Part shown: piece after piece, positions 17,925 through 31,364 of the stretch
How the letters are laid out: the number at the start of each line of letters is the position of its first letter
Position numbering within the stretch: the stretch's first letter is position 1
NCBI RefSeq assembly: GCF_009914755.1
Contig: NC_060939.1
Direction: 5' to 3' (one strand)
Source of the DNA: the human T2T-CHM13v2.0 reference genome, Homo sapiens
Length of the DNA stretch: 64,000 nt
The notes under the pieces: model-generated
Told to the model about the DNA's origin: nothing
The model's database searches: none
Seen by the model: only the letters and a program-made list of their open reading frames with translations
Position numbers and translations under genes: made by a program

Positions 17925-18836
17925 GTATTAATTATCTGTTGTGGCATAACAAAATACCCCAGAACTTAGTGGTTATACACAACAATAAACATTATCTCAC
18001 AGTTTCCAGTTATGCACAGCAGGGTCCTCTGCGTTAGGGTCTCTCATGAGGCTGCAGTCAGGTGTTGGCTGAAGCTACAGTCATTTCAAGCCTTAACTGG
18101 AGTAGGATCCAGTTCTAAACTCACGTGGTTATTGGCAGGCTGCAGTTCTTCACAGGCTGTCGGACGGAGGACCTCAGTTCCTTTCTGGCTCTTTGCTGGA
18201 GGTTTCCCCCAGTGTCTTGCCAGGTGGCCCTCTACGTCAGAGCAGCCGTGCTAGAAAAGCCAGGGAGAGAATGCAGGCAAGTTGAAAGTCACAGTCTTAT
18301 CACTTTATCTCAGAAGTGACATGTGTATCAGCCTGGGTTCAACCAGAGGAACAGAAGCAGTAGGAGATAAATGTGAAGAGATTTACTGCAAGGAAGTGGC
18401 TTACCTGATTGTGGGGGCCGGCTAGGCACATCGGAGATCTGTAGGACAGGCCGTTAGAAAGGAACTGTTAGCATGGGCTGAACTGCTGTTGACAGGTGGA
18501 ATTTCTTCTCCTTCAGGGAAGCCTCAGCCCTGCTTAAGGCCTTTCAATAGATTGAATCCCATTCACCTCAATTATGTTGTATCATCTCTCTTACTTAAAG
18601 TCAGCTGATTATGAACTTTAATTACATCTGCAGAATACCTTCACAGAAACACCTGGACCAGTGTTTGAAGTTGACACAACAAAAAATTCCATCATAACAT
18701 CCTTTCCGTTTTGCCATATGTTATTCAGTAGAAGTAAGTCACTGGTTTAACTCACACTCAAAGGGAAGGTACTACACAGAGTGTGAATACCAGGAAGCAG
18801 GGATCATCGGGAACCATTTTACAAGACTATTCACCA
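17925..18836 (-). mobile_element. MLT1-type LTR with a nested MLT2 (ERVL) LTR at about 18322-18696
   Basis: MLT1 sequence stops at gaagtgacat and resumes at acatcc; the MLT2 motif ttacttaaagtcagctgattatg lies between. Confidence 0.75.
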
Positions 18837-19234
18837 GAGTCACTTTTTATTTTACTTGCAAGATAATTTTGCAAGGGCAAATGACTCTAAAAAGGTTCTT
18901 AAGTGAAAAAATCTGCACCACTTATATTTGCTGAGTGAATTATGGTTAAATGAATAAGGTCTTGTTCAGTGGTAATTACACAGGTTTGGTGAGTAAACAT
19001 AGTTTGTGTCTCCCATTCTGTACGACAAACAAATCCAATTCTGTACAACAAAAATTCTAATAAATGTGGTTTTCACTAACAAATATTTATAACTTCAAGG
19101 TTACAGGTCAGTGCTCCTCAGAACTGTTATAGCAAATCTCTGAATATCATACGAAAGTCCTTTGGTCTTCTTAGTTTAAATGTAGATTGAAACTTTTCAG
19201 TTGACGAAAATACAGAAAATACATATGGATTTAC

Positions 19235-19590
19235 CTTAAGGTTAGTGAAAGTTAGTATGTAAATATAGGCCAATCTTCTTTATCATTTATTTTTTATTTA
19301 TTTATTTTTTTGAGACAGGGTCTCACTCCTTTGCCCAGGCTGGAATGCAGTGGCACAATCTCAGCTCACTGCAGCCTCCACCTCCCCAGGCTCAGGTGAT
19401 CCTCCTGCCTCAGCCTCCCAAGTAGGTGGGACTACCAGTGCATACCACCACACCTGGCTAATTTTTGTATTTTTGGTAGAGAGAGGGTTTCCTTCTCTTT
19501 TTAAACAAAAGATCATGGCTATCCTAGTATTTTGCATTCTCAAAATCTCTTGTGTCAAACAGTTCTTCACTTAAAGTATTTTATTAAAGA
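19235..19590 (-). pseudogene. Fossil exon candidate 9, split by a truncated AluJ
   Basis: Acceptor catacctttcaacag|TCT, donor AAG|gtaaat. Reads [28 protein letters not shown] [Alu] EDWPIFTY*LSLTL, phase 2 to 2. Confidence 0.55.
19286..19490 (-). mobile_element. 5'-truncated AluJ-type
   Basis: Right arm with J diagnostics (GGAGGATCACCTGAGCC, GAGGCTGCAG, GAGACCCTGTCTC); most of the left arm is absent. Confidence 0.9.
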
Positions 19591-21349
19591 CTGTTGAAAG
19601 GTATGACAAATGGACTCAATTATAATTTTAACCAAGGCTGAATTAAATAATTTGGGGCTTATAGCTCTATTTCTACAGTTGGGGGAGAGAAAGGCCAACG
19701 AGACATTTGGGACTGTGAAGCGCCAAAGTTATGAATAACTAAAGGCTTGAATGAGCAGAAGCTTTGAGATAGAATGAAAGCCAGTGGAAAAGAGGCAAGC
19801 AGACATGCAAGGGTGGAGATGGAAGGAGAGTGCAGGACAGTGGCTGGCAGGGCCCCAGAAGACCCAGGACCTTCGGCTGCTGAGGCTGCCTTGAGCCCAC
19901 TCCCTGTCTCCACAGGGCCTGCTCTGACCATTGTTCCTGAGTTCCTCCTCTCAGTTACTGACCAAATCCCCCCCCAACATCCCCCATTCCATCATATTAC
20001 TTGCTTGAGTGAGTTTCTGTTCTTCTCTTCAGGAAAATGGATGGTACACATTTATAAAACAGTACCTTTATAGTTTGGCTCTAATGCAAGTTACCTAAAA
20101 TCAAGGGGAGGGCTTTTTCACTGGTATGCTTTATCAGATTTTCCATGATTAATCTGTTCATCAGTTCGTACATATTTACTAAATGAGAGGTGTCAGGGTA
20201 GTCATGATGAACTAATGCCTAACATTTATTAAACACTTCTCATGGGTGAAACACTGATCTAAGAGACCATTCCACTGTGAGGTACCACCAAACGATCACG
20301 GAATTATCAAGAATTTTGCAATTTAGTTAGAGACAAGATACTTGTCCCATAAAGCTTAATCTGCAACACAAAACACCAATAATAAAGATGCTAGAATTAC
20401 TTTCCTGACAAACATCTCAAAGAGCCATATAGACAGTAAGTGTTGTGCATCTGAGGGACTGCTCCAGGGTGGAATTATCCGAAAAGGCTGGAGGACTTAA
20501 TCTGGGATTTTAAGGATGGGCAGTTTTCAGAAAGCTAGAAAGACCAGAGAGAGCAATGGATTATTCAACAAATATTTATTACATGCTTAATCATGGTCAG
20601 GCTCTGTGCTAGGGGTTGGAGACATGAGGATGAACAAGACAGTCCCTTCAAGGAGTTTGTAATCTACAGGGGGATAGACAAGTAAATAGGGAGTAGCAGT
20701 AGGCATCAAGGTGGGAAAATGACAAGCTATGTTTCTAGGAAAATGTAGCCTTTGTTATCACTATCACAAGAAGTCTGGCTAAGAGACCTACCACTTGGAA
20801 ATTAAGGCAGCCCTTGCAGGTTACTCTGGCATTGAGAAGATGTGTCCTCATCAAGCCTCACAGACATAACAATCATCCTATGGGATAGAGAAAGGGCAGG
20901 CTGCTCTTGGGTTACCTCCTGCACTCTTCAAAAGCACTCTTCAAAAGACCCTGCAATGCTCTACTTTCTGGAGACCGCTGGCTGGGGGCAGAAACTCTTG
21001 CCTCTGCCTAGAGAGGCAACAACACTGATCAGACAAGGGGGAGAGAAAGAGGCTGAAACCCAGAGGGGAAGAATGGATCTTGCAGATGGAAAAAGGGTGC
21101 CAAGCCACCATGCTATAATCCTTCATGGAACAAATCTCAGCTTTGCTTAATATTCTCTGATCAAATAGAGAAAGCCTGCAGAGGAGAGATGATAACATAC
21201 AGTTTATTATACAGGCATGTTTTTGTTTGCTTTTAATTAATTTACTTTTTTTCTGTTTTAAACCATGAACTGTTGGTTTACTATAACAGTGTTGAAAATG
21301 AATGGTTGCTTGCTCTATAGTCGAACGCTGAGAAAGTACTCTCATTTCT

Positions 21350-22900
21350 AATAACCCAAGTTTTAATGACTCCAGAGGGATGAGTAAACAGTAACAACAA
21401 CAACAAAAAAACTTTAGCTAATGTCACGTAATAATAGCATTAACTGGTCCTCTGCTAGGAAGGTCTGAAGTTGCCATCACATTTGATTACCTTCTTGCTT
21501 TCAATCCAGACTTTCTGAGCATTTAGAATATACGTTTCTGGGCTGTTAAAATGAGCGCTACTTAGTTCAGTAGCAAAACAGACCCTTCTCTGGTACAAAA
21601 TCTCTACTTTTTTTTGGCAGGCTCCAGGGAGATCGTTCCCGGGGGACTTGTGTCAGAGCAGCTTTAGGAGAAAGGAATCTGAACTTGATCCAATATAAGC
21701 TTAGGGAATGGGAAGGGCAATGAGGCAGGTGCACCTGTTTATTTCACTGCCGTTACATAGTGATGAGGTCCTTATCTCTGCTGTCCCTTCAAGCTCCATA
21801 AATCCTTACAAGGGGGTAGTGGGATCAAATCACACATTTAAATTATTTTCAAAGATGTCAAGCAATTCCAACTTCTTTAATACAGCAACCTCCCAATAGA
21901 GAGATAAATCTCCACATCGAAGAGAGGTTTCCCCTTACAAATTTCGGCTGTGAAAAACCTGTTATGTATTTAAGCTTTGGAATTGTGTAAAGCTTTGTTA
22001 GGCAAATCAGTGACCAAACCATCTCTCCTAGCCCAAAATCTATGGTTCCTATTTATATACAATGAATTTTCTAGGACTTGAAGAACAGATTTCTTAATGC
22101 AGACATCGCCAGTGTTTTGCTTAGCATCCAGGGAGCCGGGAACTGGGTTGAGTTCACAGCAGACTTTTCACTTCAACAAGCCTCACCACTATAATGGAAA
22201 TTCAAAAGCCTGGAAAGAACGTACACAGCTTCCCTGACTAATTTTATTATGCAGACACACTTAATGGCTCCTGTTACAGTCACAGCTGGGGTGGGAAACA
22301 GTACTGGATTGTGACAATCACACTAAATCGACAAGGATTATCAGTCATTAAAAAGGGACCAAATTAGCATCGAGCAGTAATATTTTATACTTATCAAATC
22401 TTCTGCTGGTCAAGGTCCATTACTGTATGACACAATAAAGGCAGAAGCCATCAGCTCATTCTCCAGAACGTTTAAATCTCCATTGTATTTGTGTAGGATA
22501 TAATTTCTGGTCACAATAAAGCCTAATAAAGGTTACACCCCAATGAATAAGGTGTTAATAAATTGACCCATGACATTTAAATGGATAATTATATTTGAGA
22601 TAAAGGAAGAATCTCTCGTTTCAGTAAAGAAACGAGTTGGGTTTCAAGTTGTGCCCAACCCAAGTTACCTATCAACTATAGGAGGGTTTTACATAGCTTT
22701 ACAGTGATATAAAATATTAATATGCTGGTTGCCATTGTAGTAGATTAATTATTCATCAGGCTTCCCAACAATTCCTGTCTATCAGAATCATCAAGACTAA
22801 ATTGAAGATGTTTCCACATGCTAAGGAATTTTATAGAAATTAACTCCTCCCTGGATTTGTAAGCATGGGTTAGAAACGCTAGGATTTCTCTTTCCCTCGA
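21350..22900. promoter_or_regulatory. Second TE-poor candidate regulatory block
   Basis: No recognisable repeats; GTAAACA, repeated CACAATAAAG, TGACA and TAAT motifs. Confidence 0.35.
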
Positions 22901-24105
22901 CCCCTACCCCTGCCACAGTGTGGCAGCCTGTCACTAGACTTCATCTTCACATGGCAGAGCAGTATAAAATAGAATCAGGAAGTGATTAGGAGGAGATGGA
23001 AAGAGTTGTTACTGCACGTGATGAATTAAATCCAACTGGAACAGTTGAACATATGTTATGTACTGATGTCTCTCAGTTCTCATTACAGAACCAGTGCCAC
23101 AGACAGCTAACAAAACCTATGGAGCAGGGACAAAACAAAACGAAACAGAAGTACTGCAGGGGTTGTAAATACAGCTCTCTTTCAGTCGCTTGGATGGCTT
23201 CTCCTCTATATTTCTTGTGCTGCATTAGGCTCAGTAAAAGAAGGCTCAAGTATAACACAACCAACACTAATTGGTTTCATTCATCAATTAATATTTAATT
23301 CATGCATTTATTCAAAAAACATTTATGCACTTACATTATGTAACTGTTACACTCTCTTTTGAGAGAATATTGGTTATATTTTCTCACGCAAATCAAACAT
23401 ATAAAACGTTGCGTAAAAAAAAAATGTTGTGTATTCCTAAAAAGAGATCCTAGGGAACTGGCCACCAAGATTGTCATTTTCTTTTTTAAAGCAGGGACTG
23501 GGTTTTGTTATTGTTTTATATGCCAGTGCTTAACAATGAATCTTCAGACTGTAAATGAATATAATTTGTGTTCAAAGGAATTTCCTTTCCAATATGGTGG
23601 AGTAGAAACCCTGAACAGATCTCCTTGTGTAAATTACAAACAGCCTGCTTAGAAATGCATTGTTGAGCTGGAAATAAAGTAAGGAAACTTCAGATGCCCC
23701 AAATACAGTGGAAGTGGGAACCCATAGAGCAATGAGCTCACCTTTCTTTCTGGGGAGCTTCTGATGTATTTTGGTCACTTTGAACTTTCATTTTGACTAC
23801 TGCATGGAAAAAGAGGAACAGGAAATAAAATTTATAGCTTACCTAGGATGAGTCTAATAGGAGGTCCTTGCATAAATCTGGGATCCTAAAGAGTTATAAT
23901 TATCAGAGAAACAGTGAACTACAAATAGGACCTGCTGAGGGGGATGAAAAGAAAGTTGCCTTTCCTGACTTTAACAATGGTCAGGAAAGAGGGTAAAAAA
24001 AATCTTTCGTAACCATAAATCAGCCCACATTCAACCCAAATGACACTTTCAGAATACTCTGAAAAAGGTCGAGTCTAAAATTTAATTTAAAATTGTGTAA
24101 GGCTT

Positions 24106-24441
24106 CCGGGCCCAGTGGCTCATGCCTGTAATCCCAGCACTTTGGGAGGCTGAGGCAAGAGGATCGCTTGAGCCCAGGCATTCCAGACCAGCATGGGCAA
24201 CATGTGCTTGAGCCCAGGCATTCCAGACCAGCATGGGCAACATGGCAAAACCCTGTCTCTATAAAAATTAGCCAGGTGTAGTGGTGCATGCTTGTAGTCC
24301 CGGCTACTCGGGAGGCTGAAGGTAGGAGGATCTCTTGAGCCCAAGAGGTCGACACTACAGTGAGCCAAGATCATGCCACTGCACTCCAACCTGGGTGACA
24401 GAGCAAGACCCTGTCTCAATAATAACAATGAATAAAATAAA
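24106..24441 (+). mobile_element. AluJ-type with an internal 40-bp tandem duplication
   Basis: gcttgagcccaggcattccagaccagcatgggcaacatg occurs at 24166 and 24206. Confidence 0.93.
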
Positions 24442-25552
24442 ATGGTGTATGGCAACTGGATGAAGCAAATGTTAAACCCTCTGTAGAAGAACATACCTTA
24501 AACCAAGGCTTTCAAACTCTCCATGAAATCTGAGCTCACAGTAAAAAGATAATAATAATAATAATAAGCAAAAAAACCAAGATATTGTGGATGACAGCTA
24601 AGAAAAATAATGATCAACAGAATGTTGGAATTTCAGGTTCCAAATAAAAATAATTGCATTTTAATATGTTTAATATAAAAATAAGGCACATGGAATCTTA
24701 AAAATGATCATGTAGATTTGAAAAAGAACCAAATGGAATTTTTAGAAGTAACACATCAAATAACTGAAATAAAAACTGAATGGATAAATTAGATACAGCT
24801 AAAGAGAGAACTCGTGCAATGACAGAGTTGAAGAAATTATTCACAATGCAGCACAGATGAACAAAATGATTTTAAAGGATTGAAAATATTAAAGCGAAAG
24901 TGATGCAGAATATGGGATGAAAACATTTTACTTATACCTAATCAGAGTTATGGCAAGAGAGGTGAAAGAAATGTATGAGAAATTCAAGACAGAACGGCTG
25001 AAAATTTTTCAGAACTGACAAAGTACACCAACTGTCATATTCCAAGAGCCTAAGGAATCTCAAGCAGGATAAACAAGAGGAAATTTATATGTGGACAACA
25101 AAATAAAATTACGTAACATTGAAGACAAGGAGTTATTAAAACCAGCTATGGAAAGTATTCCCAAAGGAATGACACTTAGATTAACAGCTGGCTTTTCAAC
25201 CCATAATGCAATCCAGAAGACTACAAAATGATCTAATGCTCTGAAAGGAAAAAATATATTAAAATAGAATTGTATACCCAATAAAATTATCTTCCAGGAG
25301 CAGAGTAAAGATATTTTCATCCTAGCAAAATCAGAGTTTTCTATTAAAAGACCATTAAGAAAGAAAATTCCAAGTGATATCCTTCAAGCAGAGAAAATAA
25401 ATGATCCCAAATGAAAGTACAGTTTTCAAGGAGAAAAGATAAGCAAAAAAAATCCTAATAAATATACAGTCAAAACTCAGTGGAAATTTACTTAAAAAAT
25501 AATTGTCTAATTTGTGGGATCAGTAAAAAATAAGATAAAATTAAAATGTAAG

Positions 25553-25625
25553 TGAGGCAGGAGAATTGCTTGAGTCCAGGAGTTCAAAACCAGCCTGGAA
25601 AACATAATGAGACCCTGCCTCTATT
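25553..25625 (+). mobile_element. Alu/FLAM fragment
   Basis: gaggcaggagaattgcttgagtccaggagttcaaaaccagcctgg. Confidence 0.75.
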
Positions 25626-25994
25626 TTTTTTCAGTAAAAAATTTTTTTTCTTTAAATTAAACAAATTAAAATATATGAAGAAAATAGGAAATAAGCTAGG
25701 GTTGAAATGATCAAAATTAAAATAGTCTAAGTTCCTTATATTATTTTTGAGAAGGGTAAAATATTAACTTTGTATTTTAAAAAATAATTATTTATATTAA
25801 AATGTTTAGGTGGTTACTAAAAGTATATACATAGAGTATACAACTTCCAACTTAGAAGAGAATAAAAAGAGAATGAGCAAAAGAGAAATATGATTAAAAC
25901 CTTAAAAAAGGCAAGGAAAGAGGAAAAAAAGGAAACAGAATTGGAAGGACAAATGAAAAGCACAAAATAAGGGAGCATAAATAAATCCAAACCG

Positions 25995-26285
<291 letters not shown>

Positions 26286-26621
26286 CATAAATAAATCCAA
26301 ACCAATCATTAATCTCAATAAGTACACAAGACTAAACAACCCAGTTAAAAAACAAAGATTTTTAGAGCGGATTAAAAAAATGTGACGGCTGTAACAATTC
26401 TTAATAACTATTTACTTAATAATGTGGCTTCAAGACATATAAAACAAAAACTGATAAACTTACACAGAGAAACAAACAAAAATCCACCTTTATCTTTTTT
26501 CCATTAGTCATAAGACAGACAATAAGTAACTGTGCAGTTGATCTTCCAAGTGTAATTAACAAACTTTATCTAATGGATAAATAATATACTGCATCCAATA
26601 CTTGGAAAACACACATCCTTT

Positions 26622-27212
26622 TTGTTTCAGTTTTTATTGCTGCCATAACAAATACCACCAAATCAGCAGCTTAAAACAACGCAAACTTATTATCTCAAAG
26701 TTTTATAGGTCAGAAATCCGTACAGGTCTCACCAGGCTAAAACCAAGGTACCAGGACTGTTTTTCTTACTCAGAGCTTTGGGGGAGAATCTGCTCCTAGC
26801 CTAATGTAGATTGTTGGCAGAGTTCAGTCCCGTGCAGTTGTAGGACTGATGTCCCTGTTCCTGCTGGCTGTTGGCCTGAGGTTGTTCTAAGCTTCTAGAG
26901 GTCACTTCACAACCCTTCGCTCATAGAGCCCTATGTCTTCAGAGGTAGCAATGGTGTTTGAGTTCATACACTCATCTCTCGTCTTCTCTTCTGTCACATC
27001 TCTGATTAGCAGAAGACGTTTCTCCATTTTCACAGGCTCATATATTTAGATTGGGCCCATCTGGATAATCTGTGATAATCTCCCCATTTCAAGGTCTGTA
27101 ATCTTAAACACATCTACAAAGTTTTTATGTGTGGTATATATTATAACATAATTACATATTCCAGGCATTAGGGCATAGGCATCTTTGGGAGATCATTATT
27201 CTGGCAACCACA
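26622..27212 (-). mobile_element. MaLR LTR (MLT1D/E-like)
   Basis: tgctgccataacaaataccac...gattgggcccatctggataatc...attctggcaaccaca. Confidence 0.85.
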
Positions 27213-29103
27213 CTTTCCAAACTTACATAGAATGTGCAAAATTGTACTCACACATAATCATAAATAAACGTCTACAAAATTCATGTTCTGTGAGCAAAAT
27301 GTAATTGTGTTACAAAGTAACAAAAGGATAATTAGAAAGCACCAAAAGTTTAAAAATTAAGAAATATAGTTCTGCATACTCATGGACCAAATAAGAAATC
27401 AATTAGAAGTGGAATAAATAAAAGTAATCCATACCCAAACCTGTGAAGTATAGCCAAAGAACTACTTAGAGGCAAATTTATAGCTTTATATGGTCAGAGG
27501 AAGGTTTAAAAATATCTCACACTGTTATCTCTCTCAAGATGTTAGAAAAAGAAGAACAGAATAAACACCAACTAAACGAAAAAAAAATACTGAAGATCCT
27601 AGTGAAAATTAATGAAATAGAAGATAAATACTCAACAAAGAGGATCAACAAAGTCAAAGATTGGTTCTTTGAAGATAATTAATAACATTGACAAACCTTT
27701 AGCAGCATTGACCATTAAAAAATGATAGATGGCATAAATAAATGTAATTAGGAATGAAAATGGAGACATAAATACAGGAGCAGCAGAAATTTAAAAGATA
27801 ATGAACAGCCTGATTATTAAATATATGCCAATAAAATTGCAAACTTAGATAAAATGGACAAACTTCCAGAAAAATAAACTTACCAAAACCAAAAACAAAC
27901 TCAAAAAACATCTTAAATAGTTTTATAAACCTTCCAGAAATTCAATTGATAGGTAAGGTCTATATAAAGAAAACACCAGGCCCAGTGGTTTTTCAGAGAA
28001 GTTCTGACAATTATTTACGGTTCAAATAAGTATACTTTTACTGAAATAGAAAATAGAGCAAAGTATAGGTGGGAAATTCCTTAATATTACAAGGAGTACT
28101 TATACATAATTTACAGTAAATATCATACTTACTTGTGAAAGATCAAGAGCAAAATAGTGATATCCTCTTACGTACCATTTTTATATAACGCGTTCCTGAA
28201 GGTCTTCCTACCTAACAAGGCAAGAGAAAGATATGCTAAAAAGTTTAAGAATGAAAAAATGCTCCTAAATGGTGTTGGTTTTTGTACACAGAAAAACTTA
28301 TCTAAGAAATTATTAATATTAACAAAAATATAGTGGGTTTCTAACAAATCAATGTAGAAGTCAATTTTATTTCTCTATACAAGCAACAAATTTAGAAAAC
28401 ACAATTTTAAAAAGATAAAATCTGTGAAAATAGCAAGGATATAAAGGTTTTAGAAATGAATGCAACCAAAAAGTGTGTAAGCTCTTTATACCAAAAAGTA
28501 TTAAAGTTTATTAAAAGACAATTTAAAATAAATATGGGGGTATTCTATATATGTGAATAAGAAAATTAATGTATTATATATGTCAATGCTCCCAAATTGA
28601 CCTATGTAGATGCAATACAATTCCAATAAAAAAGTAACTCATAAAAAAGGTAGTGGGATGAATGATTATCCATATGGAAAAAAATTTAATTTGAATCCTT
28701 GCTTCATAGCATACACAAAATGAATCCCAGGTGGATTAAATACTTAAATATGAAAGGCAAAACTATGATTATTTTAGAAAACAACACAGGGGAAGATCTT
28801 TATAAATCAGAGACAGGAAAAATTTCTTTTACAAAACTCTAAAAACATGCATTCCATAGTGGAAAATATATGTTTAAATCACTTCAAATTAAAAAGTTTT
28901 CATCAAAGTCACTATAAAGAAAGTGAAAGGCAATTTACAAAGGATTAGAATCCAGACTCTAGGAAAATCTCAATGAAATACCACTTTACACTCTCAGGAT
29001 TAAGAAACATTAAAAATCTTGAGATATTGGCAAGGATGTGAAACAATGGAAACTCATATCTTTTCGGTGGGAGTGTAAGTGGTACAACCACTTTAAAAGA
29101 CAA

Positions 29104-29566
29104 TTTATTGCGGCATTATTCACAATAGCAAAGACTTGGAACCAACCCAAATGCCCAACAATGATAGACTGGATTAAGAAAATGTGGCACACATACACCA
29201 TGGAATACTATGCAGCCATAAAAAATGATGAGTTCATGTCCTTTGTAGGGACATGGATGAAATTGGAAATCATCATTCTCAGTAAACTATCGCAAGAACA
29301 AAAAACCAAACACCACATATTCTCACTCATAGGTGGGAATTGAACAATGAGAACACATGGACACAGGAAGGGGAACATCACACTCTGGGGACTGTTGTGG
29401 GGTGGGGGGAGGGGGGAGGGATAGCATTGGGAGATATACCTAATGCTAGATGACGAGTTAGTGGGTGCAGCGCACCAGCATGGCACATGTATACATATGT
29501 AACTAACCTGCACATTGTGCACATGTACCCTAAAACTTAAAGTATCATAATAATAATTAAAAAAAA
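29104..29566 (+). mobile_element. 5'-truncated L1PA2-like insertion within old L1ME
   Basis: End of ORF2 plus 3'UTR with GATGACGAG (not the Ta ACA) and AAACTTAAAGT. TSD aaaagacaattt on both sides. Confidence 0.93.
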
Positions 29567-29644
29567 GACAATTTTGAACTTCAAAGTAAAGTTACAGATC
29601 GCATACCCTACTGTCTGGCATTGTATGCCTCGGTATATACACCA

Positions 29645-29822
29645 GCAGTGGTTCTCAAAGGGAAGGTCAGTGGACCACGTGCATCAGAATCAACAGGGAG
29701 GCTGCAAGATGCAGATTCCTGGACTCCATCTCAGAAGGAGTCAGAATTCTCAGGGATGAGTCTGCGAGGTTTGTAGGTGTTCCAGGAAATTAAAAGGCAT
29801 GCTGAAATTTGAGATCTACTGC
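29645..29822. mobile_element. MER5-like hAT-Charlie element
   Basis: cagtggttctcaaa...tgcagattcctgg...tttgagatctactg. Confidence 0.75.
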
Positions 29823-30456
29823 CCTAAGGCATCTCTTGCACGGAGGTAGTGTGAGACACATACAAAATATTCTATAGCAGCACTGCCTAAAAAAACAAAG
29901 GAAACTACCCAAATATGCAGCAATGTAGAATAGGTAAATAAATAATGGTAAATTCACACATTTTAAAACCATATAGCAGCAACATGCATCCACAGGGTAA
30001 ATCTCAGGAACATAATAACATGGGAGGAAAAGCAAAGAAGACCTACAGTATCCTTATATTTATACTAAATACAAAAACATGCAAAATCAAACAATATGTA
30101 ATCATATGACTTAGGGATACATGCGTATAAAATTCAGGGATTATATAAGGAATAATAAAAATAAATTTAAAATAGAGGTTTCCTCTGTAAGAAGGAAAGG
30201 TTGAGCAGTAAGAAGGATCACACAGGGCTTTTGGGGATACTGCTAATTTTATGAATGAGTATTCATTTCATTATTTTTCTTTACATCTTACACATATGAT
30301 ATAAATATATTTTTATATGTATTCAATATTTAATACAAAATTTTTTGAAAGAAAAAAAGGATAGTTGAAGAGATGTTGGTTAAAAGTTGATTGCTTACAT
30401 AGCAAACAGTTGTTAATGCCTCTGAAACTGTTTTTGACAGCTCTTTAAAATATTAC

Positions 30457-30755
30457 AGATGGGCACGGTGGCTCATACCTGTAATCTCAGCACTGTAGGA
30501 TGCTGTGGCGGGAGGATCGTTTGAGCTTAGGAGTTCGAGACCAGCCTGAGCAACATGATGAAACCCCATTTCTACAAAAAATACAAAAATTAGCCAGGTG
30601 TGTTGGTGCACACCTCTGGTCCCAGCTACCAAGAGGCTGAGGTGGGAGGATCATTTGAGCCAGGGGGGTCAAGGCTGCCACGAGCCATGATTGTATCACT
30701 GCACTCCAGCCTGGGTAACAGAGTCAGAGCCTGTCTCAAAAATTTAAAAAAATAA
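30457..30755 (+). mobile_element. AluJ-type
   Basis: Dimeric Alu. Confidence 0.92.
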
Positions 30756-31364
30756 ATTCTTACTGACTATTGCTGCTCATCAATTTTGCCTCTAGGGCAG
30801 AAATTATGGAAAGGGAAAGCCAGTGGGGAAGAGGCAGAGAGAATAATTTTGCAACATTTTGACAACTGGCATTTTGGAAAACATCTCTTAAGTTTTCAAA
30901 CAACTATATTGATCTGTCAATGCTTCAGGCAATTAAGGAGAGTTCCTAGAGAGGGTGAGCCATGTATGATTACGTGTGCCCTGTCTATTTTTGATCACAC
31001 TGACCAGGAGCAAGCCAAGTGCCAAGCAGTTAATAGGATGTTCTCAAAGACCACCTTTCCCATCGTGCCACCTGCCGTACTCCTTCAAAATAAGATAAAT
31101 ATTTTCGTAAAGTGTCCTCTGACACCACTGAAGCCATGTATTCCAAGCTATTTGTGTCCTGCTAAATAATGTGGCTTCTCTATATTTCTGATTTAAAGAA
31201 GACACATTGAAATTCCATAAAACCCTACAATCTCCAACACGGACTTGGCTTCTGAGTTGCAGTTTCAAAATAACTCTCTGTGGAGCTTAAGTAGGTCTAT
31301 TCAAAGCTGATAGAGTTGTGAGACTTGATTTGTAGGTAGCATTCCAAAGATGCCCACCCGTTTC

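Noticed and set aside
30786-31169. 127-aa plus-strand ORF, and similar unique-sequence ORFs at 20941-21345 and 38131-38475
   Set aside because: No recognisable domain and no supporting exon chain on that frame; ORFs of this length are expected by chance in 64 kb.
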